Positions 13,601 through 27,078 are shown, counted from the whole stretch's first letter. The stretch is DNA of 63,666 nt, filler included, from Collodictyon triciliatum (GCA_043381765.1; 8 parts of 8 records of this genome joined end to end with filler, not necessarily neighbours in it), one strand, 5' to 3'. The notes: generated from the sequence alone by a model not told the origin. Program-made: numbers and translations.

Positions 13601-13763
13601 CAAATCGGAAGTGGGCAGCACCACAAAGCAAGCAACAAGCGTTCTATGGAAAAAGCAAAGCTTCATCCATGTCGATGTAATCGTCAGCGTGCTGGAATCA
13701 TGCTATCTAATGGATGATTTTTTCGACGCAACAAGCTCAAATGTAGAGTGGAGACTGCTCTAG
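10633..13763 (+). CDS. VPS9-domain Rab GEF, ANKRD27/VARP-like N-terminus
   Basis: Spliced exons read MEDFEAHPFCSKLK..TLLVPP..HLIRT..YATMSGKWITID..GF..IILLETTYQND (VARP-like). The VPS9 core reads ITTDDLLCCISFVIIKS..ADLDYMQNFRF..GELGFNLVTFHAAVSFI. Confidence 0.8.
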
Positions 13764-14632
13764 ACAACAAAATTTGTGATGCAGAGGACTTTTAGATTAC
13801 CTTGAAAATACTTCCACATGGGTTTTTATTTCCAAGAAAAAGACCTCGAAAAACCAATTATACAAGTATTCTTTTCTTGGGAGTCGGAAACATTTCAACA
13901 ATTTTACACTGATGTCATCTTCCCCTATATATTCCATCATAGAGCACAACATCATAGACTTTGCGTAACCCTTTCCATGCTTAAGCCATTTGCCACTTAG
14001 GAAAATAAAAATTATTCAATGTTGAAACTGAACTGGGCGCGATGAGAGGAAACGATGGGGATTATTTAGACAGTTCCATTTATTATTTTTTCGAATACTT
14101 TGTCTGAATTCTTCTCTTTGTGTCATTGGGAAAGCTATGTATTAAAATGGTTGGATTATAGGATGACTTGTAAATCCCCAAGGATTTTCCTTCTCTTGTT
14201 TAGAGTCAAAGAACTACTTGACTTTCAGCAGTCTTTGGATACACCTGTACCAATTTAGCAGTCTTTTAGCATGCATTCTAATGATATATCCTAAACGTAG
14301 GCATGGTCATAAGGTTAAGAGAGGAACAATTTATGATTAAAGTATTTCAGAGTAAAGCAACGTGCAAATCCCACCCTTTTCCCTGTTCCTTTTGGCTTCG
14401 GTTCTGGAGGCTCAACACCGTAATGGTCGAAAACAAGATTGGTTTTATTTCGTGCGTTTCTAGTGTGAATTTAATTTATTATCGCCATGTCGGAGTCATG
14501 CTGACGGAAATATCTCAACTAATTTGAGACAGATACAAACGAAAGATAGGTAGGGATGTATGTGAAAAGCAAGAATGCATCCTAAAGCAAAGGATGTTCC
14601 ATAAGAAAGAGATGGATGAACAAATGAATAAA

Positions 14633-15938
14633 TCAGGTTAGCGGGTCATACTTGCGAGTTGATGATTGAATCTTTTGAGCTCGGTCATAGTGGGGAGTTG
14701 CCTCTGAAATGAAAAATATGCAATAGTTGATAAAATCATACGGTAAAATTGAAGCATATTTTTGGAGTGAAACTGGAAATTAGAATATGTTGCCAGAATA
14801 TAATAAAAATGGTCGTGGATGTGAAATCATATCTACCAAGCATCTCATTCGACCACATTTTGGGGTCTAGAACCTCACGCTGCCGTGGAGGGCCAACAGG
14901 GTCTTCTCCTCTGAGAGTTCTCTCAAAGTCGAGCTGGGTATGTATTCAAGGAGTTGAGTTAGCATAAGGGCTATGAAAGAAACGTAGGAACATTAGAGAA
15001 ACCACTAGAATAACATAGATTTCACAAATCAAACTCATTCTCCAAACCTTGTTCATCTCTTTTCGGGTAGGGTCCATCTCAATCATAGGATTATATCGAA
15101 GCGATTTTCTTGCGACTGTGTCTATCATTTAAAAAATAATCAGATTACGTGCGAGGTGAATATAATACAATCTAAGAGGAACTCTACCTCCATTGCCGAC
15201 TGTGATTGATTGCCCAAGTGTATACCTCTGGTTCGATTTTCAAAAGACAGGAAATAAGTCATAAATATATATTATAATATAAATAATCTAATAATCAATA
15301 CATACAAAAAGAGCGACGATTTAAAATGCTCTGACAATATAACGATTCATCAAATTGTTCATTACAGCTGGGGGAAGTGAATCGACTTGGGTTTGAATCT
15401 GTTTCTGAACATTATCGTAGATTTTTTCATGCCACTCTCTATGTAGCTTTTCTTTCTTTCGATAATCAGCCTAGAATTGAATATTTTAGTGAGTTGTTTG
15501 TAATTAAATGTTTGTAAATTAAAGCTAAAATTGTGATGATTGGTGGCACCGCTGGCTATTTTATTTTATTTTTGTTTTGGTGTTATAACTAACTCTATCT
15601 TGAAGTTCCAACATGTCATCGATCTCACGCACGATAGTGCTTCTTTCAGTTTGAAGTTGGGTGAGCGACTGTTTAAATTTAATCTCGTCTTTCTTTGCTT
15701 TTTCTTGAGCAACTTTCTACGAATAGATATTGTACATAAGTTTTAAGAATTTTGCCCGTCGCATCATATTCAGAGAAAAAGGGTCGGTGGGACAGCGAAC
15801 GGTAGGCAAAAGATAAGACAGAAGGAAGGAAACGCTATAGACCTTCTTTTTTTTTCATCTCTTTAAAGAAAACACATCGTGCTAAACACTTCTCCGAAGT
15901 AAGGCTTTACCTGGGCGTAAGTCTTCATATCAGTTGCC
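14633..15938 (-). CDS. Partial spliced gene, FAM228-like coiled-coil protein (5' end in gap)
   Basis: Exons read ADYRKKEKLHREWHEKIYDNVQKQI and REVLDPKMWSNEMLEATPHY...; stop TGA at 14633-14635. Family assignment is from recalled motif resemblance only. Confidence 0.5.
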
Positions 15939-16868
15939 NNNNNNNNNNNNNNNNNNNNNNNNNNNNNNNNNNNNNNNNNNNNNNNNNNNNNNNNNNNNNN
16001 NNNNNNNNNNNNNNNNNNNNNNNNNNNNNNNNNNNNNNNNNNNNNNNNNNNNNNNNNNNNNNNNNNNNNNNNNNNNNNNNNNNNNNNNNNNNNNNNNNNN
16101 NNNNNNNNNNNNNNNNNNNNNNNNNNNNNNNNNNNNNNNNNNNNNNNNNNNNNNNNNNNNNNNNNNNNNNNNNNNNNNNNNNNNNNNNNNNNNNNNNNNN
16201 NNNNNNNNNNNNNNNNNNNNNNNNNNNNNNNNNNNNNNNNNNNNNNNNNNNNNNNNNNNNNNNNNNNNNNNNNNNNNNNNNNNNNNNNNNNNNNNNNNNN
16301 NNNNNNNNNNNNNNNNNNNNNNNNNNNNNNNNNNNNNNNNNNNNNNNNNNNNNNNNNNNNNNNNNNNNNNNNNNNNNNNNNNNNNNNNNNNNNNNNNNNN
16401 NNNNNNNNNNNNNNNNNNNNNNNNNNNNNNNNNNNNNNNNNNNNNNNNNNNNNNNNNNNNNNNNNNNNNNNNNNNNNNNNNNCATTGCGTTTTAATTGCT
16501 CTTAATACTTGAATTAACAGGAACCGAAAACAAGAAATAGTGGTGAAATGATACTCTGTGGGCGTATACGTCGGGAAACTCGATCAAGTCTCTTGCGACA
16601 CCCTCAGAGTGTATGGAAACATTTCCTCCCTATTTTTTTTAATGTTTCAATATATGAAAAAAAGTGAACATGTACGTAAATGCTCCGTTTATAGAAGGAT
16701 GATTTTATATTTACTTTAATCTTGACTATGTAATAAAATATTATGTCCGTTATTTAGAGGCATCTTAAATATATACTGAGAGAAAGCTGAATAGCCCGAT
16801 TGAAATCCAATTATTTGAAGAAAATACAATGACAGATACTACGATTTCATCCTCAAAAAAGAAAAGAC

Positions 16869-16967
<99 letters not shown>
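16869..16967. repeat. (TAAA)n microsatellite
   Basis: Visible. Confidence 0.95.
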
Positions 16968-18060
16968 AACCTCGCTCGGGTGATGCCAGTGGGTATCAAG
17001 TGTAGACTTTACGGGAGACGTAGGCTGCAGAGTGTGTGGCCAAAACGACCGCGGTGAATTCGCGCCGTGTGCTTTATCACTGTGGGTGTGCAGAGGGAAC
17101 TTTGGCAGCGCTGGCGTTTGGCTCTCCATGGCCCTTTTCTGTCTTAAATCCCTGTCCCGTGTTTTCAGTGGCATCAGCTATCTCACAAGGACAGTTTTTT
17201 TCTTCACAGCATCTTCCTTCCTTCTTTTCTTTTTCCCTTCCTCCTTTTTTTTTTCTTTTCTTTTTTTTTCATTTTGCGGATAGAATCTCCGATGTGGCAG
17301 ACTTGACCATCAGATTCGTTTCTGCTGACAATGATCGCAGACGCTTTTTTTCTCATCCGCAAAATAAAATCCAAATATAGAAGTCGTTGAAGGGGAAAGG
17401 GTGGAGTGAGTTCCTTATATCTACAGACCAGGGCAACGCAACAAGCCAAGCCCTCACTGTGCGAAAATCAAGACAAGGCCAGGTTGGATATACATCGGCT
17501 CTTTTCTTCTTTTTATGGAACAGTGATACTTTTGTCAAACAATACGTGGTGTATTGATCGTATTTAAAGAGCATTTGCTCAAAAGAAGGAACGTATGAAT
17601 GCTATCGTTTTGTTTACAGCCATTCGCATGGGCTATCAGAGACTAGTAGACGAAAGTGTTCTTTGTGCTTCGTAGTTTATTGCAGGCGTTTCTTTGGTGT
17701 TTTTGCGCATCTTTTTAAGTACAATATTTCAAGATTTCCTTTTCCTCTGAAAAAAATGCTCTGGTCTAAAAAGAGAAAATCAAAAAATAGGGAAAAGGAA
17801 ATGAAAATAGAAAGAGAAATTGGAAATGCTTATAGGTACTGGGACGGGACTCAGTTTGCAAACGTGGTGACTAGGTCGATGGGGAAAGACACGACCTCTC
17901 GCCAACCATCTAGGAATTAGAGTCTAATATATACATAAGTACTTAACATGCTGTGGTACAATCAAAGCGCATAAAGAGTATAAGAAAATCGGACAATTGC
18001 AATATGGATGCAGAGAAGATAGCAAAATGGGTGCCTCGTTGATATTTTCTCTTGTTTGGG

Positions 18061-20514
18061 TTAGGTTTCCAAGTATGTTAAATTCTTTGAAACAGGCGAT
18101 AAAAGGTAACCTTCTGTTGTTCGTGGTGAATATGAATTCATGGATGCATTTAAACATGAGCTGGATTGCCCCGGCATTTTCTTGGCGCGAATATCAATCA
18201 TGCTATTATGTCTTGAGCGGCCTGCCAAATGCAGAAAATAAAATAAAATAAAATAAAATAAAATAAAATAAAATAAAATAAAATAAAATAAAATAAAATA
18301 AAATAAAATAAAATAAAATAAAATAAAATAAAATAAAATAAAATAAAATTAGAAAATAATATAACGAAAGTAAGAATATTAAACATATTTTAAATATCAA
18401 AATTTGTGTGGAAAAATAATATCACGCTTGGTAATTAAATAAGGATGCTCACTCAAGACAGGTCTGTTTGCTGTTGCATTCAACGGACTTTCTGAAGTGC
18501 TCGTGTTTTGGGTATCTTTCTTTGCGAATCTATCGACTGCTATTGGTACTTTGTTAGCATTTTGTGGTGTAGTAGTTCTCTTTGGCGCGTTTTGAGACGT
18601 CTTTGGTCTTGTGGAAGAGGCTGATGAAGGTCGTTGCGCTATACACAAGGGCGTTCATGAATTAGATTGTTTTACTTTGAATCGAACAAAGGGGAAAAAT
18701 GAATTAGATTGTTTTGCCTAATGCCACATTGAAATGCCTCACATTAAAGCATTACAGAGGAGATAGAATGTAATATTAATTGAGTCAAGGGAAAATGATT
18801 CAATAAAGCGTTTTCAGAAAATACGATAACTGCAATGATTATATACGTATTTTGGGTGAATCTATGGACTGTGGGTCTGGCACTTTCATTTGCTTTGGTA
18901 AGGCTAGGGCACTGATGCGGTCTGGTGTAGGTGGTCTCCGTGGTTGGCTGTAGGATATGATTTTTTTTTTTGATTTCTCGAAGTAAAATGCGAAAAGACT
19001 TTCATAGGGTCGCATCACATAGTTCATTCATGACTGTTTAAGTGGAAAGTGTATTCATAAGAATAAAATATTATACTCGAATATCTCTGACTTTTGTGTG
19101 CTTAAAATAGAAGGACTCGGTCTCTAAAAGTTATTCGGTTCATCATTATAGTCTTTCTTTACAGTCATCGAGGAAAATTCATGCAAGAATTCACGTAATA
19201 TTTTAAGTTACTCGAACGGAAAGATTTGAACTCGAAGAGCGCTTCTGAAGTAGCTCATTTGAACGGGCAGGTGCCTGATTTGATTATTCATTTACTATAT
19301 AATTTTCTCTTTATAGTATTACAATATTGCAGCAAAAAATTAATTCCCAAACGAGATTTTGAATTCATAAATGATGGCTCCGAAGGGTATTTTACGGGTG
19401 ATGGAGATGACGGCCTTGACTTCCTATTGGCAAACTCTGTAATTGGCTTCATCATGGAAAATTGCTTCGCATGTATCCTGTTTGGAAAGCAGAAGAAAGA
19501 AAACGTTTAGGTTGCTTGGTTTCTTCGGTAAGAAACTTATCATTATTGATATTGATGTAAACCAACTTATCAAAGTCAACGATCTTGTTTTTTCCCGCAG
19601 TTAGTCGAGCTCGGGATTCATCGCTTTCGCCACCCAATTGGAGGGGCTCAAAGTTAAACTCTGGTGAAACAGTGTAGGATTTCAGATTCATAGCTGTTTG
19701 GGCCACGAGCTCTTGATAAGCTTTTAAATCGATGTCTGGAGGAAATTGAGTTCCGTAATCAGTAAACTTACGATGAAATATTGATATTCTATGAAGTACA
19801 TAAAGCTACACAAATAAATGCAGGGGAATATGAAAATCCATAATCATAATTCACCAATCTCAGAGGAATTCATGTCCCCTGATAAATCCTTTCCTTGTTC
19901 TGCTGAAGAATCTTGCTCCTATAAAGGAAAGAGATAATAATTAAAATGGTCAGTTTTTTTTAATTCTTTTGAAGTCACCATACGCTAATGGTTTGTGACA
20001 TATCACACTCAAGAGGAATAGCTCTCTTCACCAACTTCAAGTGAATTTTCTTCGTCAACAAAACTCCTTGTGAACGAGGCAGCAAACCTGCAGCATCGAT
20101 CCCTCTGAAAGATCGAGAGGAGTTTGTTCAGGGTATTCTACTCCAGATGATTGGGATAATGAAAAGGTGGCACCAAGTCTAAAGGAAGATGAATAGCTAG
20201 GTTGAGGGTTCAGCACACGCCAGCTCTGACAGAAAGGTTAGGGTTGCTACTAAATAGCGAACGATGCGGGGGAATGACGGGGAATAATAAGGATGGCTGG
20301 AAGGAAAAGAAAGGTAAGTCACAATAACCCTGGGCTGTTGGGAAAAGAAGTGCAGTATTCTGTGCTTGCAAGGATGAGTGGCCAACCTGCTTTGCAAGAA
20401 CTCCGGAGTGGCCTGATCAAACGAAACATTCGAAGCGTTCAGCTCTGAATCGAGCGGAATCGCAGTTGCCTGATCGTTGTTGGGAGAGTTGTTTTCGTGT
20501 CGCAAAATGTCCAT
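18061..20514 (-). CDS. Spliced Ser/Pro-rich protein with a NuSAP-like motif
   Basis: Multiple GT-AG-bounded exons. Removing intron 19478-19566 gives VDFDKIHAKQFSMMKPITEFANRK. Last exon ends in TAA at 18061-18063. Confidence 0.55.
18674..18698 (+). mobile_element. 25-nt micro-retroposon insert with 17-bp TSD
   Basis: ACTTTGAATCGAACAAAGGGGAAAA flanked by ATGAATTAGATTGTTTT at 18657-18673 and 18699-18715. Confidence 0.85.
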
Positions 20515-21113
20515 CCTTCTCGAGTGCGTGTGTTGTGTTCTCAGCTGTCTTTTTAGATGAATCCGTTTAAATAACAGAGGCGAGTAGTTTTCATCTTTCC
20601 TTTTTCTTTTTTCTTTTTTTCTTTTTTCTTTTTTCTTTTTTTCTTTTTTCTTTTTTCTTTTTTCTTTTTTCTTTTTTCTTTTTTCTTTTTTCTTTTTTCT
20701 TTTTTCTTTTTTCATTTTTCATTTTTCATTTTCTCTTTTCTTCTTTTCTTCTTTTCTTCTGTTTTTTTCTTTTTNNNNNNNNNNNNNNNNNNNNNNNNNN
20801 NNNNNNNNNNNNNNNNNNTTAATTAATTAANNNNNNNNNNNNNNNNNNNNNNNNNNNNNNNNNNNNNNNNNNNNTTTTCTCTTTTTCTCTTTTTCTCTTT
20901 TTCTCTTTTTCTCTTTTTCTCTTTTTCTCTTTTTCTCTTTTTCTCTTTTTCTCTTTTTCTCTTTTTCTCTTTTTCTCTTATTCATATTTCCGTGATTATG
21001 ATGGCATGTTCTGTCACCGCTCGTATTTCTACATAGTCAGCATCACCAAATCCATTCAAGTAATTTCCTATGTCCCCAGTGATTTCTGATTCCATCTCTC
21101 TTTTGGATTGTAG

Positions 21114-22513
21114 GCGATAGATATTATATCTGACCCAGAGGGTATCGCCATATCCAGAAGAAGGATAACCCTCTCCACCTCCGGCATAGTACCTTTGATT
21201 CCTGTTGTCGGCTCGGAACTCAACGTCAATCTGGCCATCAGTCTGCATGCAACAACAGATGAGATGCGGTGAGAGCGCATTTTGATTCAACTCACTCGGT
21301 CATCTCTGCATTTGGACAATGCACAGCCTAATGCTAATGAATGAAATAGTAAAGTTAAAGAAATAACCGGATAAACCAATTTAATTGGCTTTATGAATAC
21401 AACAGTATGAGGAAAAATTGCTATAAGTTACCATTTTACAAGGTCTGACTGGGGTTCCACTAGCGTCTATAATCACTCTTTTTCCTTCTAGAAACGAGTT
21501 GGTACCAATCAACAAGCAATATGGACTAGCTGAACTCATGAATGCGTGTAGAGCCTTCCCAACAGCCAAAAATTCAAGAAGCATCACATTTGAATACGTT
21601 TGTTGCTGATAAAATTTGTTCTCTTGATTATGCAAATCCCTATCGTCCTTTGACAGTTGCTTTATGATGACTATGGGGAAAAGGTTATGTTAGATGGCGT
21701 GAACGATACACAGCAGGATGCGAAAAGGCTGGTCAAGTTGCTTCATCAGATTCCATCCAACGTTAACTTAATGTCCGTTTACATTTTTGGTTCTTTTTTT
21801 TTTATATATATTTTTTTACTGTGTAATCTTACAGACAAATTGACCAGCTATTATAATACGATACAAAGATAATAATACTACTACTGAAATGCTTAATGAA
21901 CAACTTTAACCGTCTATAATGAGGAAACTCATTTGATACCAAGCTATGATTGTTTTCCTTGCCTAATCATGCTACTGCGTATATGAATTAAATTAGTTTT
22001 TAACTAAAAATAAACAAATATGTCTCTTGAAGTCCATTTAACCCATGGCCTGGCTCACCGTATTCATGCTCACCTATGGAACGAATCATTGACTTTCAAG
22101 TAATTCTATAAACCACTATCATTATTTGAAATCCCTATGGTATCGCACACAAGCAACTTTTCAACTTACTTCGGTCTCACATTAGAACGTACTCTTGCGA
22201 GCAGATATTCGTACAACCATTCGCTTTCCGCGTGGAAGAGGTGAGTTTTATCACCAATTGTACTTTGATGATTTTTTTTCCTTTATTCGATTCAAAGTTG
22301 TACTTTGATGATGGTGATGATTATGATGATGATTATGATGAATTCTGCACACCGCCAACTCGTATTTAAGAGGGTTTCAAATGCTCAGATATTATGGCCG
22401 CGTGTGGGCAGTTGAAAAGTTCTCAAGACTCCAAGAGGGCAGTTGCACCTAAAGCAACGCCAGAAAGCACATTGCAAGATACATCCAATCAGATAGTAAC
22501 CGCGACCTCATGA
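21114..22513 (+). CDS. rlmN: RlmN-type radical-SAM rRNA/tRNA methyltransferase, 3' part
   Basis: Spliced translation: [80 protein letters not shown]. These are diagnostic RlmN motifs, including the C-terminal catalytic Cys. Confidence 0.92.
22273..22297 (-). mobile_element. 25-nt micro-retroposon insert with 15-bp TSD, in an rlmN intron
   Basis: Reverse complement CTTTGAATCGAATAAAGGAAAAAAA, flanked by TTGTACTTTGATGAT at 22258-22272 and 22298-22312. Confidence 0.88.
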
Positions 22514-22533
22514 ATATAACTTGACGCCAGCTC

Positions 22534-25500
22534 CTAATTATCCAGACAGAATAATGGAAGGATAGAGGAGCCCAAGAAAATCTGCTCAACTCCGCGCCTA
22601 TAAACATACAAACTCTCCTGATAACTGACCCAACAACGGTATATTGACGGAGGTGCCACTGCGGTTAATTTTGGTGTGTTGGCCGGAGACTTTAGACGTA
22701 AGAAAGGTAGAAGAGTGGATAGGGAGTTGCAAGGTGTCATAGGTTTGCATCATGAGACTAAGTCGTTGGGTTGGGAAAAGAAAAAAAACACACACAACCA
22801 CATGGTAAGGAAAACAAAGCAGGAAGAAGTAGATAAGCAGTGAAGAAAAGAAGAAAAAAAGGACTAGTGGCAGGAAAACTAAATAGTGCAGTGGTTACTT
22901 CTTCGACGACAATGGATAAATGCTGCTTGTGAGCACTGCCCCCTTAGATACTGGAGTGCTTGAATGGCTCAATAAAGATGCTGCGCCATCGGATTGAAAC
23001 CTGGACCACTTTGTTTTCTGATGATGAGGAAACTTCCTGTTCTGAAGTATCTGGTTGGTTTTCCCTTGGCTTTACATGCGACCTAGCAGGATTTTGAACC
23101 CAGTCAAATAGAGGCGGTTTAGCAGACGTTTTATAATTGCTCGCCGGACTCATGACGTTTGTATGACATATGATAGATGATAGATGATGTGAATCAAGCT
23201 AAACGAAGAAGCTAGATTTACGATAATAATTAAATCTTGGATCTGTCGCGCCAGTGTCATATTGCGGTGCGAATCCGGACCGATTTGCCACTCTCTGGGG
23301 TGTCTATATACAGAAAAGTATATCGAAGCATATATGAGCGCATAATACGCAAATTTGAGTGCCGTTTGAATGCATAATTTCCATAGCATATATACTGTAC
23401 TTCGCATTAAAAGTGTAAAAGTTCTAATATGCCAAAATGTTGAAGTACTCCCATCAAAACAGAAAAAAGTACTTGGGTCCCGCCGGACATTTCTTTTTGC
23501 AGGCGCTCAATGTATTGCTCCTGCTGTGTTCTTAATTCCTGTGTTTGATGAATGCATACTAGGTTCAAGGGATATGCTGAAGCTTTACATCAGATGAAGA
23601 AAACATTAGTGTTACTACACCGACTTTTATTTAATTGAAGCTGGGTAGATGTAAACCAAACCTCGGAACGTTGAAAGTTTTCGGTCAACCTGTCATAATC
23701 TTTTCGCAACGATTGATACTAAAACAGATAGTGTCCCATCAGTAATTAAGCCATATGAATTTTTATATCATGAAAAACAAAACGCTAACATCCAAGTAGA
23801 ACAAAAACCAACTCAAACACAATTAAAAAATAAATGCTAAAAATAGGAGGCAGCTAAACCAAGAGGTTGATGGGGAATGTAAATGAGAAAATACATAACG
23901 ACATGATTACTTTTATGTTACCTGTCTCAACACTTCATCAAATTTGGATAACTGGACTTTTAGATGCTCATTCTCACTTTTAAGCCTATTGACCTCATCA
24001 GCAGTAATTCCAATCTGTTGCATAAAAAGACTTTGAGGGTATAGCGAATTTAATACAATTGAATTCTTTAAAAATAATAATGGTAGAGTATATATTAGAA
24101 TTAGAGTGAAACATTTAGAGAATTCATAGCAGATTTGCTTGATATTCCTGATTCCTGGAGTGGATCTAAAAGAATTTCAAAGCGTATCAGTCGACCGTTT
24201 GTCAGCTTTTCATCTTTTTTTTTTTATATCTTCGCACTTTGAAAGATAGCAAATATAATGGAAAGAAGACTGGTAGAAAAATTCGGCAATATGACAGGAA
24301 ATTCGCAATTGATATTATAGTGGCAAAGTGTCTCTATTACTCATCGATGAGAAATTTCGCGATCTGTGCAGAAGAGACTGGTGTAGCTGCTCATCGATGA
24401 TTTGGGGGTCGATATCTAAGTTCAGTTTGGAAGTTCGTTTACCAAGTAGTCTGAGTGATGATGGGATGACACCTGTGAAACTGATTAAAGGGGCCAAACT
24501 TAGTCCCGCTTCTCACCATCACCAGCGACGTTTCCTGTCTGACTTTTGCTTTGGGCTTGAGTGTTATGTTGAACACCAAGCGTTGATTGTGGTCCAAGAG
24601 GCTTCATAGTCTTTGTGAAGGTAGAAAAACATCGATGAAAGTCAATTTCAAATATTTCGGATGAAATGATGATGTAAATTAATATATTTTTTTAATGAAT
24701 GTAATTTGGAAAGCTGTCTATTGATTAGGGTATATAGAGGCGAGGGTACCAAAATGGAAGCCTCAAGAGCAGTGCTGGATATTGGAAAGAAAAAAGAGAA
24801 AGAAAGTTACGACATCGATTTTATTGCAATTATTGCTATTCCAGACTGAGTTGGAATATATGCGATGGATTATCTGTTAACTGAGACAAGCGAGTCATAA
24901 ATACTTCAAGGTGGGTGAATTACGACGATTCACAGCGCGAAGAGCAAAATCGTATGAAACAAACAAGAAGAAAGTGGCGAGGGAGCAGACTAAAAAAATA
25001 TATATAAAGAAAAGAAAGAAAGAAAAGTGTGATATGAGATACGGACAAGAAAACAATTAATGGAAGAAAAAAGGATAAGAAATAAAAGGAGAACCTCATT
25101 TCCACTCGGTCCATTTTTTGCGTCACCATCTGAAGCTTTTTTTGAACGTCAACAAGTTCTTTCTTAGAAGTAGATGTGTATTTTATTTTATTTTTGGGGG
25201 GAAATTTACGAAAACAAACTTATTTAGAATTTAATTGATGATTGTCCAGAGAGTGATTGTTCAAGTTATATATACTCCAAAGGAGTGCATATATTTCATG
25301 TAATATAATCGTACATCAATTTCGACTTTCTCATGCGTCTTTAAGGTATTCCCGTCTCCGCTTACTTTTTCATGACCGTCTTGAAAAGGTTGGTGGTTGA
25401 GAACTGGCCTTTCTATGCGCGTCTGGGATGTGTAAGACTGGTATGCGTCATATCCCTGTGAATTATTCTCGTTGCGAAGTGATTGGTGTCGTGTGATTGG

Positions 25501-26817
25501 ATGGCCTGAAAAGATTGTTTCTGAAGGGTGCTTTCTCGTAGTAGTGCTTTTGTTCCAGTCGGTTGGTTGTCTTTGAGTAGACATATCTTGTTGGAATGGT
25601 TCCGCCAGGGGATTAGGACCTCGCTCTCCAAAGTCGTCCAGAGTCTTTATGCTATTATGAGTTGGTTGATATCTAGTCGGCTCCTTGTATCCTTGGGTCC
25701 CAGCGGCAAAGGGCGGTGTTTGGGACAAATTTTGAGATGAACCATAAGCATCATAGCGAGATGAGTGATGTGCCACATCAGATATTATTGTGCCGATATT
25801 CAAGGGATTTTGATTTTCATAATAAGCGGAGGGCGTGGAATATCCTGTGCCTAGCCCGTGGATATTAGGTTGAGCCCCCGCCCTTGCCGAGGGATGATTC
25901 CTCTCAGAATGGCCCATTGGCTGACTCGAAGGCATCCACGTCCTGTCGGCAAGGCCGGATGGAGCACCTGTACGTCTGGAAGGGGATGGTGCGTGTCTTT
26001 GCGAAGGGGATGTCGCGACAAGGCCATGCTGGGCCTGCTGTGTCTGCTGAAGAAATGCCTCGTACGGACGCAGCGGGACAGAGCCTGGACGGGAGGGCTG
26101 ATGAACATAGCCGGGCACATGTCTTGGGAGCGGCTGAGGCGAGTCTGGGCGCGGCGCAGCGTTTGTCGGGGCGGTGGGTGCAATGTGGGCGCTGCCCAGG
26201 ACAGAGGATGCCAGATGCGGGCTACCCAGGACAGGCCGCTCTGGGTGTGTGCGCGCCTGTGCGTAGCTCCCGGTAGCATTTGCAGCTGTCATGCGCGCCA
26301 CCGACGCGTTCAGATCCTCCCGTGCAAGCGGGTGGCCCGGGTCGTGGGCCGAGACTGTGCTTGCTGCGCGGGAGATGCTCTCGCTGGTCTCGTGTGGGGG
26401 CGAAGCGGGCGGCACAAAGCGTCCAGGCGCATCCGTTCTCGTCTGGCGGCTCATCTCGTCGATGAATGCCTGCGCCTGCTGTGCGATGTTTGGTCGAGGC
26501 TCTCCGGTTGGCTCGCTGCCATTGCGTGCACGGCCCTGTGTGCGGGGCTCCGGGGCTGTAGCTGCGGTCTGCCAGTTGGGCCACAGACTCTCCGAGCGTC
26601 GGTCGAGGCTGCGGGGTCGGTCAGTTAGGCCTGAGTGCTGTGGCTGCGCTTGGTTGGAATCCACGTACCTTTCGATGTCGAGGCGGCTGGCAAACGGCCC
26701 GGGCTGGGTGCGATCGGGCGGGGCTGTGGCTGTGGCTGTGGGTTGCAAAGGAGTGATGAGTCGCTGTGGGAGGCTCAGGCTGTCGCTTCGTCTCATTCTG
26801 TGGCCCAATGGAGCCAA
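22534..26817 (-). CDS. Hypothetical multi-exon protein with disordered N-terminus and coiled coil
   Basis: A ~500-codon first exon (25261-26817), then exons reading EVNRLKSENEHLKVQL, YQSLRKDYDRLTENFQRSE and ELRTQQEQYIERLQKE. The 3' end is uncertain. Confidence 0.55.
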
Positions 26818-27010
26818 AGGCTAGCCAGTGCGGCGATATATAGTGTGTGGGGTGTAGTCTTGCGCTGCGAGAATGGGGGATTCTTCGAGTGTGCTTGGGA
26901 AAGGAGAGAGGACAGAGGACAGAGGAGAGAGGAGAGAGGAGAGAAGAGAAGAGGAGAGGAGAGGAGAGAAAAGGAAAAGGAAAAGGAAAAGGAAAAGGAA
27001 AAGGAAAAGG

Positions 27011-27078
<68 letters not shown>

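Noticed and set aside
15331-15365. Possible 35-nt micro-intron
   Set aside because: A more distal acceptor cannot be excluded without transcript data.
18657-18715. Repeat-spacer-repeat units as mini-CRISPR arrays
   Set aside because: The pattern is inverted: the inner sequence is conserved and the flanking repeats differ per locus, as expected for TSDs. No cas genes are present.
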